A DNA stretch of 64,000 nt from the NCBI GenBank assembly GCA_963762255.1, contig CAVXKA010000003.1, positions 128,001 through 192,000 on the forward strand. The letters are read 5' to 3'. The translations under genes and the position numbers were made by a program. This document shows, one piece after another, positions 31,201 to 41,600 of the stretch (positions within the stretch are counted from its first letter, which is position 1; the number at the start of each line of letters is the position of its first letter). This DNA comes from Candidatus Eiseniibacteriota bacterium. GTDB lineage: Bacteria; Eisenbacteria; RBG-16-71-46; JABDJR01. The notes beneath the pieces were generated by a model. The model was not told the DNA's origin and did no database searches. It was given only the letters and a program-made list of their open reading frames with translations.

Positions 31201-31649
31201 CTCCCCGACAGCGCGAGCCCCGCGCTCTCCTCGTCGCCGGTGAACGGCGTCGGACGCGCGACCGGCTCCGGAGTCTCCACCGTCGGCGGCCGGCGGCGAT
31301 GCGGATCCTCGCGAAGGCGGTAGGGCCCATCGAGCGTGAGCGGCAACGCGCGATAGATGGCGACCAGCGTGTGCCCCACCCGCAGGGTATCCACGCCGAG
31401 CAGCGTGAAGCACCCGGCGTCCGAGTCGAGCGCGTAGTCGACGCCCGGGACGAGGAGTCGCTCTCCCTCGCGGATCTCCACCGTGGAGACGAGAAGGTAG
31501 CGCCGGCGCAGGCACGCCACGCGCTCGTCGCGCTCCAGGCGAACGGTGTCGCTCTGCGCGGCGATCGCCGGGACGGCGTGAGACGGTGGAGGCGGCGGCC
31601 CGCCCGCCGCGGCGACCGCAAGAAGAACGATCGCGGCGCTCAAGATCAC
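28275..31649 (-). CDS. Very large outer-membrane beta-barrel-like protein (uncharacterised, FCB-type)
   Basis: Signal peptide; SGSKTLGIEVGN...LSDQDIPFEPEGNT...GKQGPYRL...DYVIDY..GEITF; long amphipathic beta region; ends LEVRGSF. Confidence 0.7.
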   Translation of the reverse strand: MILSAAIVLLAVAAAGGPPPPPSHAVPAIAAQSDTVRLERDERVACLRRRYLLVSTVEIREGERLLVPGVDYALDSDAGCFTLLGVDTLRVGHTLVAIYRALPLTLDGPYRLREDPHRRRPPTVETPEPVARPTPFTGDEESAGLALSGSKTLGIEVGNRSDLKLRQTLDLKLTGQVTRDVSLLAILSDQDIPFEPEGNTAELEEIDRILVQVKSPRAEANLGDVALTVGGLAFLDVRREMEGFTAEASVGPGRARGAVASAKGEYASLSFFGVDGKQGPYRLTDRADSIGVVVVAGSEKIWFDGALLARGEENDYVIDYGLGEITFTGRRPVTANTQISVDYQFATSRYRRRVTFAGGESRSDARFGALRAGYFREGDSADDPFGGELSEAERDQLAALGDSASASGGPKYRGPNGGDYRLVVDPATGREIYVFLDGAGEYDVTFVSVGEGRGDYAIDTQIATTRTVFRFVGEGEGSYVVRRNLPAPERREVGSLRWDLNGAAGRLAVEGAIANADRNVLSPLDDGDNQGGAFLAEGNLSARSLGRGFAWTPRFRVRRTGQGFDAPARLRPAFFARQWNLTGTEEIRDESLGEAAFELRWRNRLRWSAEGGRFALADTFSALRQRQGLDWSDTRLGAGVAWTSARDEAGTRRGELDRVEGNANWRAGWVRPRVQASNETRRRAATGAGERHRDWQAALLFPRDVWPVEWEIGVGRRLDDSLQTATGDWRETQDARTLFASLTADLRSVSAAVRYEARRVDAAGSGDERRDLGRLDLRHRAMSGAWSGLLTVDIGTEGVRRRSKTIVPAVSDSAGYFDRFGNYVGSGGGYDVVYGPLGEETLTGQVEMSTRLRWSPPGPDVRVAPWMRKVAWEGFATLNEASLLPLVTPRYFLSPSSYLSRRTTVDGRLNERQTIDLLPLNRAFGARLRQEANRRVARTPGAGEDALVETSGDDTYAATLRATPGPGWDAEIEGSLGSRREEVDLGGDGRFAQTTDLRAATARGGRRIGAAGGNGRVSAEATYSEETGRDRDAAGWVLRPRVQWSLSRFGRLDLRYARTTLLRRQGFIGVRGPGAPSLSEGWRFDLLAEARLREGVVLTAALALDHPRGLGALHEGRLEVRGSF

Positions 31650-31652
31650 CGA

Positions 31653-32591
31653 TCAGTCTCCGGAGACTCGAAACGCGGCGAGCCTCCCCGAGCATCCTTC
31701 CCCCACCAGGAGGCGGCCTCCCGCAGCACCCACGGCGCCGGTGGCGTAGGTGTGGCCGGCGCACGGTCCGGACCCTTGCAGCGCGAACACCCGCCGGGAC
31801 ACGAGCGCGCCGTCGAGGATCTCTACACCGCTTCCGCTCACCACCGCGTAGCCCTCGCGACCCAGCGCCGCCACGCCGCGCGGCGGTTCGGCCCAGCTCC
31901 GCGCCCCGCGCACGCCTCCCAGTTCATCGATCAGGACGATTCGCGAGTTGCCTTCGTCGGCCACGATGAACGGAGGCCGATCCCCGACGGCCACCGCGCC
32001 GGGGCGCCGCCACGAGCCCAACTCGGACCCGGTCTGCCCCCACACGCCCTGGAACCCCCAACCGGGTCCGAAGACGAGGAGGCGATCGCCGCTCCGGTCG
32101 GTAACGACGGCGAGCCCGCTGCGGTCCACCGCAAGCCCCGCGGGCTCGATCACTCCCAAGCCCTGATCGTCAGCCACGCGAGCGAGGTCCACGGCAACTC
32201 CGAGGTAGTTGCCGCGCAGATCGTACTGGTGCACCGCGCGGCCGGGGCCGTCGAGCGCGTAGAACGCGAGACCCGGTGCCGGCGCGAGCGCGGTCCACTC
32301 CACGCGCGAACGGCCGGGACCGGGAAGTCGCGCGGTCTCGCGGCCGGCGGCGTCGAGAAGAAAGATGCGATTCTGGTCGGTCTCGGCCACGGCCCAGTTG
32401 CCGTCCGAGAGAGGCAGAATCGCGGCGGGAAACCAGCGGTCGGCGGGCCCGGGGACGGGCCACATCGCGGCCACCGTATCCGCGCCGGCAGGGCCGCCCA
32501 CGACGGGTGACGGCGGGAGCGATTCGGCGTGCCGCCCCGCGGCGCAGCCGAAGGCGCAGATCAACCCGAGAAACGCCGCCCCCCGGCGCAT
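31653..32591 (-). CDS. NHL-repeat beta-propeller lipoprotein
   Basis: Lipobox-like AFGC; NHL motifs EPAGLAVD, RPGAVAVG and VADEGNSRIV. Confidence 0.75.
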   Translation of the reverse strand: MRRGAAFLGLICAFGCAAGRHAESLPPSPVVGGPAGADTVAAMWPVPGPADRWFPAAILPLSDGNWAVAETDQNRIFLLDAAGRETARLPGPGRSRVEWTALAPAPGLAFYALDGPGRAVHQYDLRGNYLGVAVDLARVADDQGLGVIEPAGLAVDRSGLAVVTDRSGDRLLVFGPGWGFQGVWGQTGSELGSWRRPGAVAVGDRPPFIVADEGNSRIVLIDELGGVRGARSWAEPPRGVAALGREGYAVVSGSGVEILDGALVSRRVFALQGSGPCAGHTYATGAVGAAGGRLLVGEGCSGRLAAFRVSGD

Positions 32592-32619
32592 GCGCGCCCG
32601 AACGGGGTGACGCGCCGGA

Positions 32620-33429
32620 TCAGAACGAACGGCTGAGGGTGACGCGGGCGTTGGGCCCCTTCCGATCCGCATCGATCTCCCAGGAGAGGGTGGCCTGATC
32701 CTTACCACGCGCGCGGCTTCTCGCGCTGATCAAGCCCACGTCGAGCACGGACAGGAGACGGTTGGCCACCATGAGCCCCACCGTGAGGTTGGCGCGATGG
32801 TACGCGTCGAGGCTCGAGGAACGCATGTCCTTGAAGCGCTGACGCTCCTCCTCGCTCGCCCACCGCCAGGCGTCGTCGCCGGTGTACTCGTTCGCGGCGA
32901 TGTACTCGTCCTGCCGTTCGCGATCGTTGGGAAAGATGGAGCGCGCCGCGCGGCGCACCTGCTCGTTCGCGCTGTAGGCCCCCTCCGAGGCGATGAAGTT
33001 GCCGACGATGCGGTAGTACTCGTCGTCGTCCCGCACGCTCACCCCCGCGCTCGCGCGCGCGTATTCCTGGAAGAGATCTTCGCGATGGCCGCCCTGCATC
33101 CGAAACACGCCGAACCCGGCCCAGATCGCCCCTTCCGCCACGAAGAACCCCTTCGCCCGCGAGCTGTGGCCGAGGTAGTGCTCGCCGAGGCCCGGCAGGA
33201 GCAGCGAGTAGAGCATGGCCAGCTTCGGGTTCTTCTCCCCCGCCGGCGTGGTCATGACCATGCCGCTTTCGGAGGACGCGTTCCGCAGAACGTCCTCAGC
33301 CGTGTACATCCGATCGGGCACCAGAAGAGGCGCCGCGGTCGCGTTCCGAGGCGCAGCCGGGACCACGGCCCCCGCGAGCAAGAGCCCACCGATAAGCGCC
33401 GCCAGGCGTTGTGCGTATCTCCGGGTCAT
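32620..33429 (-). CDS. Exported hypothetical protein (paralogue of 33446-34249)
   Basis: Signal peptide, LAMLYSLLLPGLGEHYLG motif and C-terminal VTLSRSF. Confidence 0.7.
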   Translation of the reverse strand: MTRRYAQRLAALIGGLLLAGAVVPAAPRNATAAPLLVPDRMYTAEDVLRNASSESGMVMTTPAGEKNPKLAMLYSLLLPGLGEHYLGHSSRAKGFFVAEGAIWAGFGVFRMQGGHREDLFQEYARASAGVSVRDDDEYYRIVGNFIASEGAYSANEQVRRAARSIFPNDRERQDEYIAANEYTGDDAWRWASEEERQRFKDMRSSSLDAYHRANLTVGLMVANRLLSVLDVGLISARSRARGKDQATLSWEIDADRKGPNARVTLSRSF

Positions 33430-33445
33430 GCGAGCCCCACCTCCA

Positions 33446-34249
33446 TCAGAAGCTTCTGGCCAACTCCACCCGCAGCGCAAGATCGCCGCGCGGTGACGCG
33501 CTCCAACCCATGCGCAGCGCGTGCGCTTCGTCTCTCTTGCGGCGATTGGACGCGCTCTTGGCCGCGTCCACCGCACTCACCACGTGGTTCAGGAACATCG
33601 CGGTGACCGCGTAGCGCGCCGCGCTGAACAGACCGTTGGCGTCGTCGCGCATCCCCTCGTACTCACCCCGGCGATCGAGCGCGTCCCAACCGCATGCGTA
33701 GACGTTCAGCCGCCCGATGTCCTCGTAATACTGGTCGCGCGCGTTCTCATAGACGTCGCGCAGCGCGTCGCGTTCGCGTTCGAAATCGACCGGCCCGAGG
33801 CCGTCGCCGCAGGAGGAGGCCGTCTCGTAGCGTTGCCACGCCCAATGCACGTCGGCATATTGCTGATAGTCCTCTTCGGCCTGGTTGCCCGCCGAGCGCA
33901 ACGCGACCGCCGAGAAGATCGAGACCACTTCCGCTCCGAGGTAGAACCATCCCCGGCGCTGCCCCTGCACGAGCTGTCCGGTTCCCGGCACCAGAGCGGA
34001 AAGGAACCCGGCGAGGGCGGGAGAGACGGAGCGTGAGCCGCCCTCTGCGCCGCCGTTCTCTTCTGCGAGCATCGCCAGGTACGGAGCCGTTTCCAAACGC
34101 GCCCCCGCCAGCCCGGGACGCTCGGCTCCAGCGCCCGCGGCGGACCACGCGAGCGCAGGCGCGGAGCCTGCCTCTCCCGCCGCACAGGGGATCGCGGCGC
34201 CAAGCGCACAGGGCACCCAGAGCAGCAGGAATGCCGCGGCCCGTCTCAT
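33446..34249 (-). CDS. Exported hypothetical protein (paralogue of 32620-33429)
   Basis: Signal peptide, LAGFLSALVPGTGQLVQG motif, NHVVSAVDA and C-terminal VELARSF. Confidence 0.7.
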   Translation of the reverse strand: MRRAAAFLLLWVPCALGAAIPCAAGEAGSAPALAWSAAGAGAERPGLAGARLETAPYLAMLAEENGGAEGGSRSVSPALAGFLSALVPGTGQLVQGQRRGWFYLGAEVVSIFSAVALRSAGNQAEEDYQQYADVHWAWQRYETASSCGDGLGPVDFERERDALRDVYENARDQYYEDIGRLNVYACGWDALDRRGEYEGMRDDANGLFSAARYAVTAMFLNHVVSAVDAAKSASNRRKRDEAHALRMGWSASPRGDLALRVELARSF

Positions 34250-37200
34250 CGCATCACCACGATCTTGGTTATGTCCACGGTGCTTCGACCTCTCATGTGG
34301 CGTTCCAGGCGACAGAGGTACAAACCCGGAGCGACGTCGCTGAGGTCCCAGCGTACCGCGTTTTCTCCCGGATGGAACCCTCCCCGCGGATCGAGCCGGG
34401 CATCGGCGATCTCGGCCCCGGTCAGATCGAAGAGCCTCAGACCCGCGGTCTCGTCGTCGTCCAGCAGGAAGCGGATCTCCGCCGCGCGGCGGGCGGGGTT
34501 CGGGAAGACGAGCAACCGGTCCGGGCCGAGGTCGGGCCCCTCCGCCGCGACCGGGCCCGCTGACGAGGCGGCCTGGAAGCCCCGGCCTTCCACGTCACCG
34601 CGGCCGAAACGCCAATCGCCGGCCATGGCCCGGGCTCCCGGGAGCCGGAAGGCAAGCAGCTCGCCATAGTCGCCCGTCGCCACCCAGGTGAGCCGCCCGT
34701 CCCCGTCCAGGTCTGCCACGAACGCGTCGGTGACCTGCGCGGACCCGGCTGTGCGGGGATACCCCGGCAGCTCGTGGCCGCGCCCGTCGAAGCCGTGGAA
34801 CCTCCCCTCGCCGTCGAGCACGAGCAGGTCGAGATCCTCATCACCGTCCAGGTCTACGATCTTGAGATCCTGGGTCGGGCCGACCACGAGGCGAGGCCAC
34901 CCCACCGCATAGCTCCCGTCCCCGTTCCACACCGCGACCAGCCCGGTGTCGGCGAGCGCCGCGATCTCGTCGAGTCCATCCCCATCAAGATCGCCCAGCG
35001 CGATTTCGGGGCTCACCATCCCCATCCCGGCCGGCAGCGCCCATGAAGCCTCCGGGGCCACACTGAGCCGAGAAGGGAGCCGGGAAAGGCCCAGCACGAA
35101 GACCGATCGCTCGGTCATCACGACAAGACGCGGCTCCTGGTCGGAGTCGGGAAATCCCGCGGCGAGGTGCACGACTTCGCCGCCGGAAATCTCGGTGACA
35201 TCCCCGTCCTCGGCATCGTCGAGATCGAAGGCCGCCAGACGCCCGCCGGCAAATGCGAGCGCGGCTCGGAAGAGCGCGGGAACCGCGTCGCCCGAAACCC
35301 GCCGGTCGGGGATCATGACCGGGCCGGCCGCCGGAAGCACCCCCGCCAAGCCGGCGGGCTCGCTGCGAAAAACCACGTCTCCCGGGACCAGAATCGCAAA
35401 GAGGCCGCCGGCCCCACCGAAGAGGACACGATCGGCGCCCTCGCCGCTGGGCCAGATCACAGGCGCCGTGCGCGCGGGCTCGACCGGGCGGTCACGAAGA
35501 AGATCGGCGCCGGATGCGTCCCACAGATGGAGGAGACCGCCGGTCTCGCTCGCGGCAAAGACGGGAACGCTTGGCCCGTCCCCGGCGCGCCGCTGGAACG
35601 CGGGGGACGCGGCGAGGCGAGGAACGAGACCGTTGTTCGCCGAGCCGAGGAGCGTGGTCACGAAGGGAGTGCCGTCCCTCTTCACCGCGCCCACCCCGTT
35701 CGCGCGGCTCGTCGGCGGCGCGAGGTTCAATCGCTCGAGTCCGAACAGCACCTCCGCACCACCGCCGTCGAGATCGAGCGGCACCGTGCCCCCCAAGGTC
35801 GTGGTGACCTCGGACGTCCAGGGCAAGTACACCGGCCACCCGCCGCGGGCGCCCGCGCGCTCGATCGTCACGTCCATGAAGCGCCCGGGGTTCGACGCGG
35901 TCGCGATGGTCACGCCCGACCACGCGCCGTCGTTGGCCGCGCTCGAGGGAATCGTCTCGGGTCCCAGACGGGGGTTGTTGTCGAGATAGAATGCGTCCTC
36001 GGGTGTGCCGAGATCGTAACGCCCCTGATCCCACGTGCCATCCGCCTCCACGATGGCGATGCCGCGTTGCTTGGTCCAGAGGTTCACCTGCCCGCGGTCG
36101 GCCAGCGCCGGCAGCACGAGTCGGTCGTCGATGTGCCAGACCAGAAGACCGCCCCCGGGGAGCACCGCGTCGTACTCGAACCGACCTCCTTGACCGGCAA
36201 GGTCGGGATCGTCCACCGGGCCCATGAACACGCCGGTCGTCGAATCCTGGCGCACGAACGGAAACCCGTTGCCGTCCAGGTCGAGTGCGCGGTTCTCGAC
36301 CAGGAAGTGCTCGTAATCGTCCACGATCACGAAGGGGAGCCTCGGGTCGGTCTCTGTCGCCTCGAGTGCGTCGCTCCAGCGCTCCTCGACGAGAAACGGT
36401 GCGACTCCCTTGGGGAACGCCTGCAGCTTGCTCCAGGGATCGAAGCTGGTGGGAAAGATGCCGATCGCCTCGAACTCCTCCTCCGTGACGGGATCCACGA
36501 CGATCGCGGGGATGTTCTCGCCGCTGTCCATGAGGCTCCAGTACCCCACTTGCGGCACACCGGTGAAGATGTTGTAGAGATCGGGGAGCCCCAGGACATG
36601 CCCGAACTCGTGGGCGAAGACGCCGTTCAGCGCGCCCAACCCGCCGTCCTGGCTCACCGTTTCCGGCAGCACGAGCACGCGCCCCACCTTGCCGGTGCTC
36701 ACCGAGAGCGATTCGCCGAGGCTCAACGTGAAGGTGGGAATGTCGCGGCTCGAGTTGCGATCGATGTCGCTCTGGTAGTCGGCGCCCGCGTGCACCACGA
36801 CGAACGCGCCGAACGCGGAGAAATCGATGTCCCCGCTCGCGTCAGCCGCGCGGACGGCGGCGGTGACGAATCGCTCCGCCCTCACGATGACGCTGTCCGC
36901 CTGCGAGACCGCCCAGGGTCCGAAGTCCATGGTGTCGCCGAGGTGATACGCGCTGTCGGGGTCGGAGGGAAACACCGTGGTCACGATGACCAGCGATCCG
37001 TAGGACTGCGCGGCGTAGTAGCGCGCGAGCGCCTCGGCGTGCGCCTCGAAATAGGGTTTGTTGTGGGGGGGCGGATCGACGGGAACGCCGGTCACGCCGG
37101 TGCGCAGATCGAAACGGCCGTCCCCTGTGGTCGAGTCACCCGCCGAGTCGCGCAGGAAATCCACGCGGAAGACGGCCAGTCGAAGGGTGTCGGGGGCGGG

Positions 37201-37488
37201 CTCGGCGGCGGCGGCAGCGAGCCCCATACGCACCAGTTCCGAAACCGGGCGAAACACGGGAGCGGCGGCGCCGGGCGCATAGAGATCGTCCGGAAACTCG
37301 CGCCGCCGGGTGAGAGCCCGCGGCAACTCGCTTAGGTCACGCGCGAGCGAAGGGACCGCCGAGACCCGCGCGGCCACCCGGTCCCGCTGGACGACCACTC
37401 GCGGCGAACCGGCCCCGGCCGAGGCCGGGACGGAGAGTCCCAGGAGACATGCCGCGACCAGAGCCCTGGGACGAATCCGTCTAATCAA
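34246..37488 (-). CDS. M6 (immune inhibitor A-like) metallopeptidase with FG-GAP repeats and a C-terminal sorting-like domain
   Basis: VVHAG, HEFGHVLGLPDLY zinc motif, WSLMDSG, FLVENR, GLLVWHID; DLDGDG repeats; C-terminus FPNP...GLYL...KIVVMR. Confidence 0.9.
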   Translation of the reverse strand: MIRRIRPRALVAACLLGLSVPASAGAGSPRVVVQRDRVAARVSAVPSLARDLSELPRALTRRREFPDDLYAPGAAAPVFRPVSELVRMGLAAAAAEPAPDTLRLAVFRVDFLRDSAGDSTTGDGRFDLRTGVTGVPVDPPPHNKPYFEAHAEALARYYAAQSYGSLVIVTTVFPSDPDSAYHLGDTMDFGPWAVSQADSVIVRAERFVTAAVRAADASGDIDFSAFGAFVVVHAGADYQSDIDRNSSRDIPTFTLSLGESLSVSTGKVGRVLVLPETVSQDGGLGALNGVFAHEFGHVLGLPDLYNIFTGVPQVGYWSLMDSGENIPAIVVDPVTEEEFEAIGIFPTSFDPWSKLQAFPKGVAPFLVEERWSDALEATETDPRLPFVIVDDYEHFLVENRALDLDGNGFPFVRQDSTTGVFMGPVDDPDLAGQGGRFEYDAVLPGGGLLVWHIDDRLVLPALADRGQVNLWTKQRGIAIVEADGTWDQGRYDLGTPEDAFYLDNNPRLGPETIPSSAANDGAWSGVTIATASNPGRFMDVTIERAGARGGWPVYLPWTSEVTTTLGGTVPLDLDGGGAEVLFGLERLNLAPPTSRANGVGAVKRDGTPFVTTLLGSANNGLVPRLAASPAFQRRAGDGPSVPVFAASETGGLLHLWDASGADLLRDRPVEPARTAPVIWPSGEGADRVLFGGAGGLFAILVPGDVVFRSEPAGLAGVLPAAGPVMIPDRRVSGDAVPALFRAALAFAGGRLAAFDLDDAEDGDVTEISGGEVVHLAAGFPDSDQEPRLVVMTERSVFVLGLSRLPSRLSVAPEASWALPAGMGMVSPEIALGDLDGDGLDEIAALADTGLVAVWNGDGSYAVGWPRLVVGPTQDLKIVDLDGDEDLDLLVLDGEGRFHGFDGRGHELPGYPRTAGSAQVTDAFVADLDGDGRLTWVATGDYGELLAFRLPGARAMAGDWRFGRGDVEGRGFQAASSAGPVAAEGPDLGPDRLLVFPNPARRAAEIRFLLDDDETAGLRLFDLTGAEIADARLDPRGGFHPGENAVRWDLSDVAPGLYLCRLERHMRGRSTVDITKIVVMR

Positions 37489-38566
37489 ACCGCGCGACGA
37501 CCGAGAACTTGCTCACCCGAGGCAGGTCGAGCGCCTGCGGGATCGATGCGAAATCGAAGCCGAACCCCTTGAGGCGGAATCCGACACCGTACGTCATGGC
37601 CGTGATGCCACCGCTCTCGTCGCGGAGGTACCCCATGCGTCCAAAGACGAGATCGTTGAAGCCGACCTCGACGCCCCCGGAGGCGATGATCTCGTGGCGC
37701 TCGAAGTACGACAGCTCGCTCTTCACCGAATCCGGGAAATCCGCAAACACGAGACTCTTCTCGACGCCGATGCCGGCGAGGATGGAGTAGGAGTTCGGGA
37801 CTCGGGCCCCGTAGGAGACACCGAGCTTGAGATTGCGGGGAAGCGGGTCGGACTGCTTGTCCTCGGTGAGTGAGATGTTGGGCCCGAGATTGGCCACCGT
37901 GGCCCCGATTCCCAACGTCGTCGTCGCCGGACCGCTGCCGAAGAAACTGTCGGTCTCGCGCTCGAGCCGGTATAGCGCGCCCAGATCCACCCCGAAGCTC
38001 GTCCCCTGGCCGCCCTGCAACCCGAGTTGATCGCGGACGCTGCTGTCCACACCGCTCAGCAGATCGATGTAGACGAACTTGAGGTTCATGCCCAGGCCGA
38101 GGTTGGGAAGTACGGTGGTGCCCAGCGCCACCGAAGGCGCGAACTCGAACGAGGAAAACGTGCCGAGCTGGGTCGAGGATCCGTCGGTGAGCGGGCTCTC
38201 GCCGTAGTTCAGGTAGGAGATCGTCCCCGCGAGCCCGCCCCATCCCTCGATGTAGGTGGACGCGCCCAGGTACTCGAAGTAGACGGCGTCCTCGGAGAGA
38301 CCCTCCGCCAGCCGCGAGTGCATGAGGCCGGCGTTGATACCCCGGGTGAAGGCAAGCCCCGCGGGGTTCCACCATGGAGCGAAGGCATCATCGGCGACGG
38401 ACTGGTAGAAGCGTCCCGTAGCCTCGGCCCGTGCGCCCGGGGGGATTTGCAGCGAGAAGGCGCCGGCGGTGGATCCGGCCAGGGCGACCTGCGGAAGGGC
38501 CCCGGCGGCAAGGATCAGGCCCAAGCCGACGGCAAGGGGGCGGACAAACGCGTAGCGCAAACGCAT
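37481..38566 (-). CDS. porV: PorV/PorQ-family outer membrane barrel
   Basis: LQIPPGARAEATG...DDAFAPWWNPAGLAF N-terminal signature, SDPLPRNLKLG and a beta-barrel; adjacent to porU. Confidence 0.82.
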   Translation of the reverse strand: MRLRYAFVRPLAVGLGLILAAGALPQVALAGSTAGAFSLQIPPGARAEATGRFYQSVADDAFAPWWNPAGLAFTRGINAGLMHSRLAEGLSEDAVYFEYLGASTYIEGWGGLAGTISYLNYGESPLTDGSSTQLGTFSSFEFAPSVALGTTVLPNLGLGMNLKFVYIDLLSGVDSSVRDQLGLQGGQGTSFGVDLGALYRLERETDSFFGSGPATTTLGIGATVANLGPNISLTEDKQSDPLPRNLKLGVSYGARVPNSYSILAGIGVEKSLVFADFPDSVKSELSYFERHEIIASGGVEVGFNDLVFGRMGYLRDESGGITAMTYGVGFRLKGFGFDFASIPQALDLPRVSKFSVVARFD

Positions 38567-38669
38567 GCTGAATCCTCCGTGAACACACTGCAGGCGAGAC
38601 AACTCGCTCTAGGAACCCAGGCAGGGTGTCCCGGTTCCCGGAAACCCCGTTGGGCGAAACCGACGTATC

Positions 38670-41600
38670 CTACCGGATCACCGCCAACCGCTCCAGATGG
38701 CGCCGCGTACCCCCCTCCCCTTTGGCCGTCAACTGAACCAGGTAAACCCCGTTGGCCACAACGTCTCCGGCCTCATCCTTCCCATCCCACGCGAAGGCGT
38801 TTCCTCCCGACACCGCATCCATGCTCCCCCGCCGGACCAGCCGACCCGAGACGGAGTACACCCTCACGGTGACCTGGGCGGGCAGATCCAGGGTGAAGAG
38901 CACCCGGGTCGGCTCGCCGTCCGGGTCGAACGGATTCGGATATGCGGCTACGGAGGTGAACCCGTTTCCGCCGGAGGCCTCTCCGACCTGGACCTCCAAG
39001 CTGATCTGGGTGCGATTGTTGTAGTTATCGGCCGCGCTCACGAGAACTGTGTATCGCCCCGCTTCGAGGTCTGGAACCGGGAAGACGACCCGCCCGCGGG
39101 TGGCACTTCCCGGGTCGTAGGCGAAACGGGAGGTGATGTCCTGCCGTGTCCGCTCAAGACCCGCTTCGTCGAACACCTTGAGCTGAACGGAAAGGAACTC
39201 GAAGATCCCGGTCAGGTTGATTCCGCCGGGATCCTCCAACACGACCTCCACTTGTTGGCCGGGGCGCCAGGATGCCCCCGCCGCCGAAAACGTGATGGCC
39301 GGCCCAAGCGTGTCCGGCGATGCCGAACTCTGGGGCACCACCGGAAGCACCAGAACCCCCGCACCGTCCCACCCTTCGCCCGAGGCATAGACGCGAACTC
39401 TTCCATCGGGTCCGCCGCGCAGGGCCACCGGGACCGTGAACTGCACATGCGCCGTATCGGCTACGAGCGTGGCGGTGCCGCGGTAGATCGTGGCGCCCGG
39501 GAGACGGTACGGGTCGATCGCCGCACCCTTCTCGTTCTGGCTCCTCACCAACCGCGCGTCCTGCGCCAACACGTCGAGATCGCCCGTCCCGACGCCGCTC
39601 GCCTCGACGCGCACATCCACCACACTCCCCCGCTCCAACCGATCCGGCCCTTGAACTTGCAGGGTACGCCCGGGAGTGCTGATCCGGCTTGCGGGATCGC
39701 CAAGACAAACGTACCTGTCGTCCCCGCCCCTGCCCCGCTTGGCTCGCATGAGCGACACCCCTGCCGGCACCGACTGCGAGAGATCCGCGGCGTCTGGGAA
39801 CATGCCTCGGACGAAGTCGATGTTCATGGGCCCGTTACTCGGGGAAGAGGTCAGGTACGTCGCCGCGGCCGAGACCAGGGCGCCCGTTCCGTGGGCCAGC
39901 ACCAGCGACTCCCCGATCCCCTGCTGGGCGGTCTTGGAGAACTTGCCCACGCTGCACGAGAAGGCGCTGAACACAGGAAGCCGGTTGTCGTTGGTCAGGG
40001 TCGGGACATCGGCCAGATCGAAGACATGCTCATCAGCGAGCACCACGTCCGCGCCGTGCCCGATGTAGTTCATCAGCCACGCCCCATCGCTCCAGGCGCG
40101 CAGGAGCGCCCGCTTCGCGTCGGGCTTGCTGTTTGTGGGGCACTCCTGCCCGTACTCGTACAGGTAGATCTTTTGCCGATCGAAGGGGGCGGGTATGACA
40201 GCGTCCAAAAGCTCGGTCTGCAACACATGGGGGAGGTTGTCCAGTCTGCCGTTCTGGCACTTGTCGTCCGCGACGAGAATGGCCTTGGTGCGCCAGGCTC
40301 CGTGGGCGGGCGCGCGCTCCGAGCGGATCACCTTGTCGACGACGACGTCACGCGCCTCCTGGCGGTTGGTCACGGTGATACGGCCGAGGTAGATGTCCGT
40401 GAACGAGTCGAAGGGTCCGTGGAAACGGGCCAGCGGATCGTCGGTCACGTACTGCACGTTTCCGTATGAAATATCGAAAATGCTGGCGCGGTTATCCTCC
40501 CAGGACGGCACGAAGTCCAGGATCCCCGACTGCTCGTTGTCGCGGAAATCGTAGGTGTGATCGCCGAAGAAGAGGCAGTAGGAGAGGCGGTCGTCGCTTC
40601 CACAGGCGCCGTAGTATCGGTAGGTGTATTCGAGGAAGTGGCGGAGCGCGATCGGATCCCACATCCCGTAGGTGAACTCGTCCATGATGTCGTTCACACG
40701 GACCACGCGCACCCGCGCCTCGCGCGTGTCCGTGATCTCGTACAGGTTCGCGCGCCGCCACGCGGCGAGGATCTCCGCCTCCTCCGCGAAATCGTCGTAG
40801 GCGATGATGACGTAGTCGATCGGCTCCCGGGTGTCGCGCAACCAGCGCACGTCGCTCCCGCCGGGACGCAGCCGAGGCGAGGTCTTCAGCGACACCTTCG
40901 CAGGCACCGGGACGCCGGACGCGGGTACGAACGCCACCACCGCCGACGCTGCGCGGTCCATGGCGAACTCCAGCGTCGCCGTCGTTCCCGAACCCGCCGT
41001 CACCCCGCCCGTCAGCTCGCGCGGGTTGCGGGGATCGGTGACGTCGAGCACGACGAGCGTGCCCGCCGGCGGTCGCGCGATCCGAACGGTGCGCCCGGCC
41101 TCACCGGCGTCGATCTCCAACTCCCCAGCCTTGCTGTCGGCGTTCAGCGTGCGCCGGTAGGCGAGATCGATCCACGCCAAATGAACGTAGTCGCGGCGGT
41201 CCGGGTTGGTCCCCACCGCCGGCACGGTGAAGATCATCGTGTCGGGGGAGTCGGTGACCACGTCGGCCAATTCCACATCGAAATGGGTGTATGCCGCACT
41301 CCCCAAGCCGCCCCAGACCGCCAACGGCGCCGGCGTGCCGTTCACATCGATCTGGACGTGGTGCTGCGCCTCCTCACCCACCGCGCCGTTCAGGGGGACG
41401 ACATAACCCCACAGGCGGACACGAGCGTCGAAGGTGCTTCCCGCCGCCACATGAGGAAGCACGATCTGCTTCACGCGGGGAGGGTTCTTGCTGTCGAAGC
41501 TGTCCCAGAACCACGTCTCCCAGCGGTACCCCGCCTCGTACATCGAGGGATCGTAGATCCCGTTCTGCTCGAGGTGGAGCCGGGCCTCGCTCTCGGTAAC

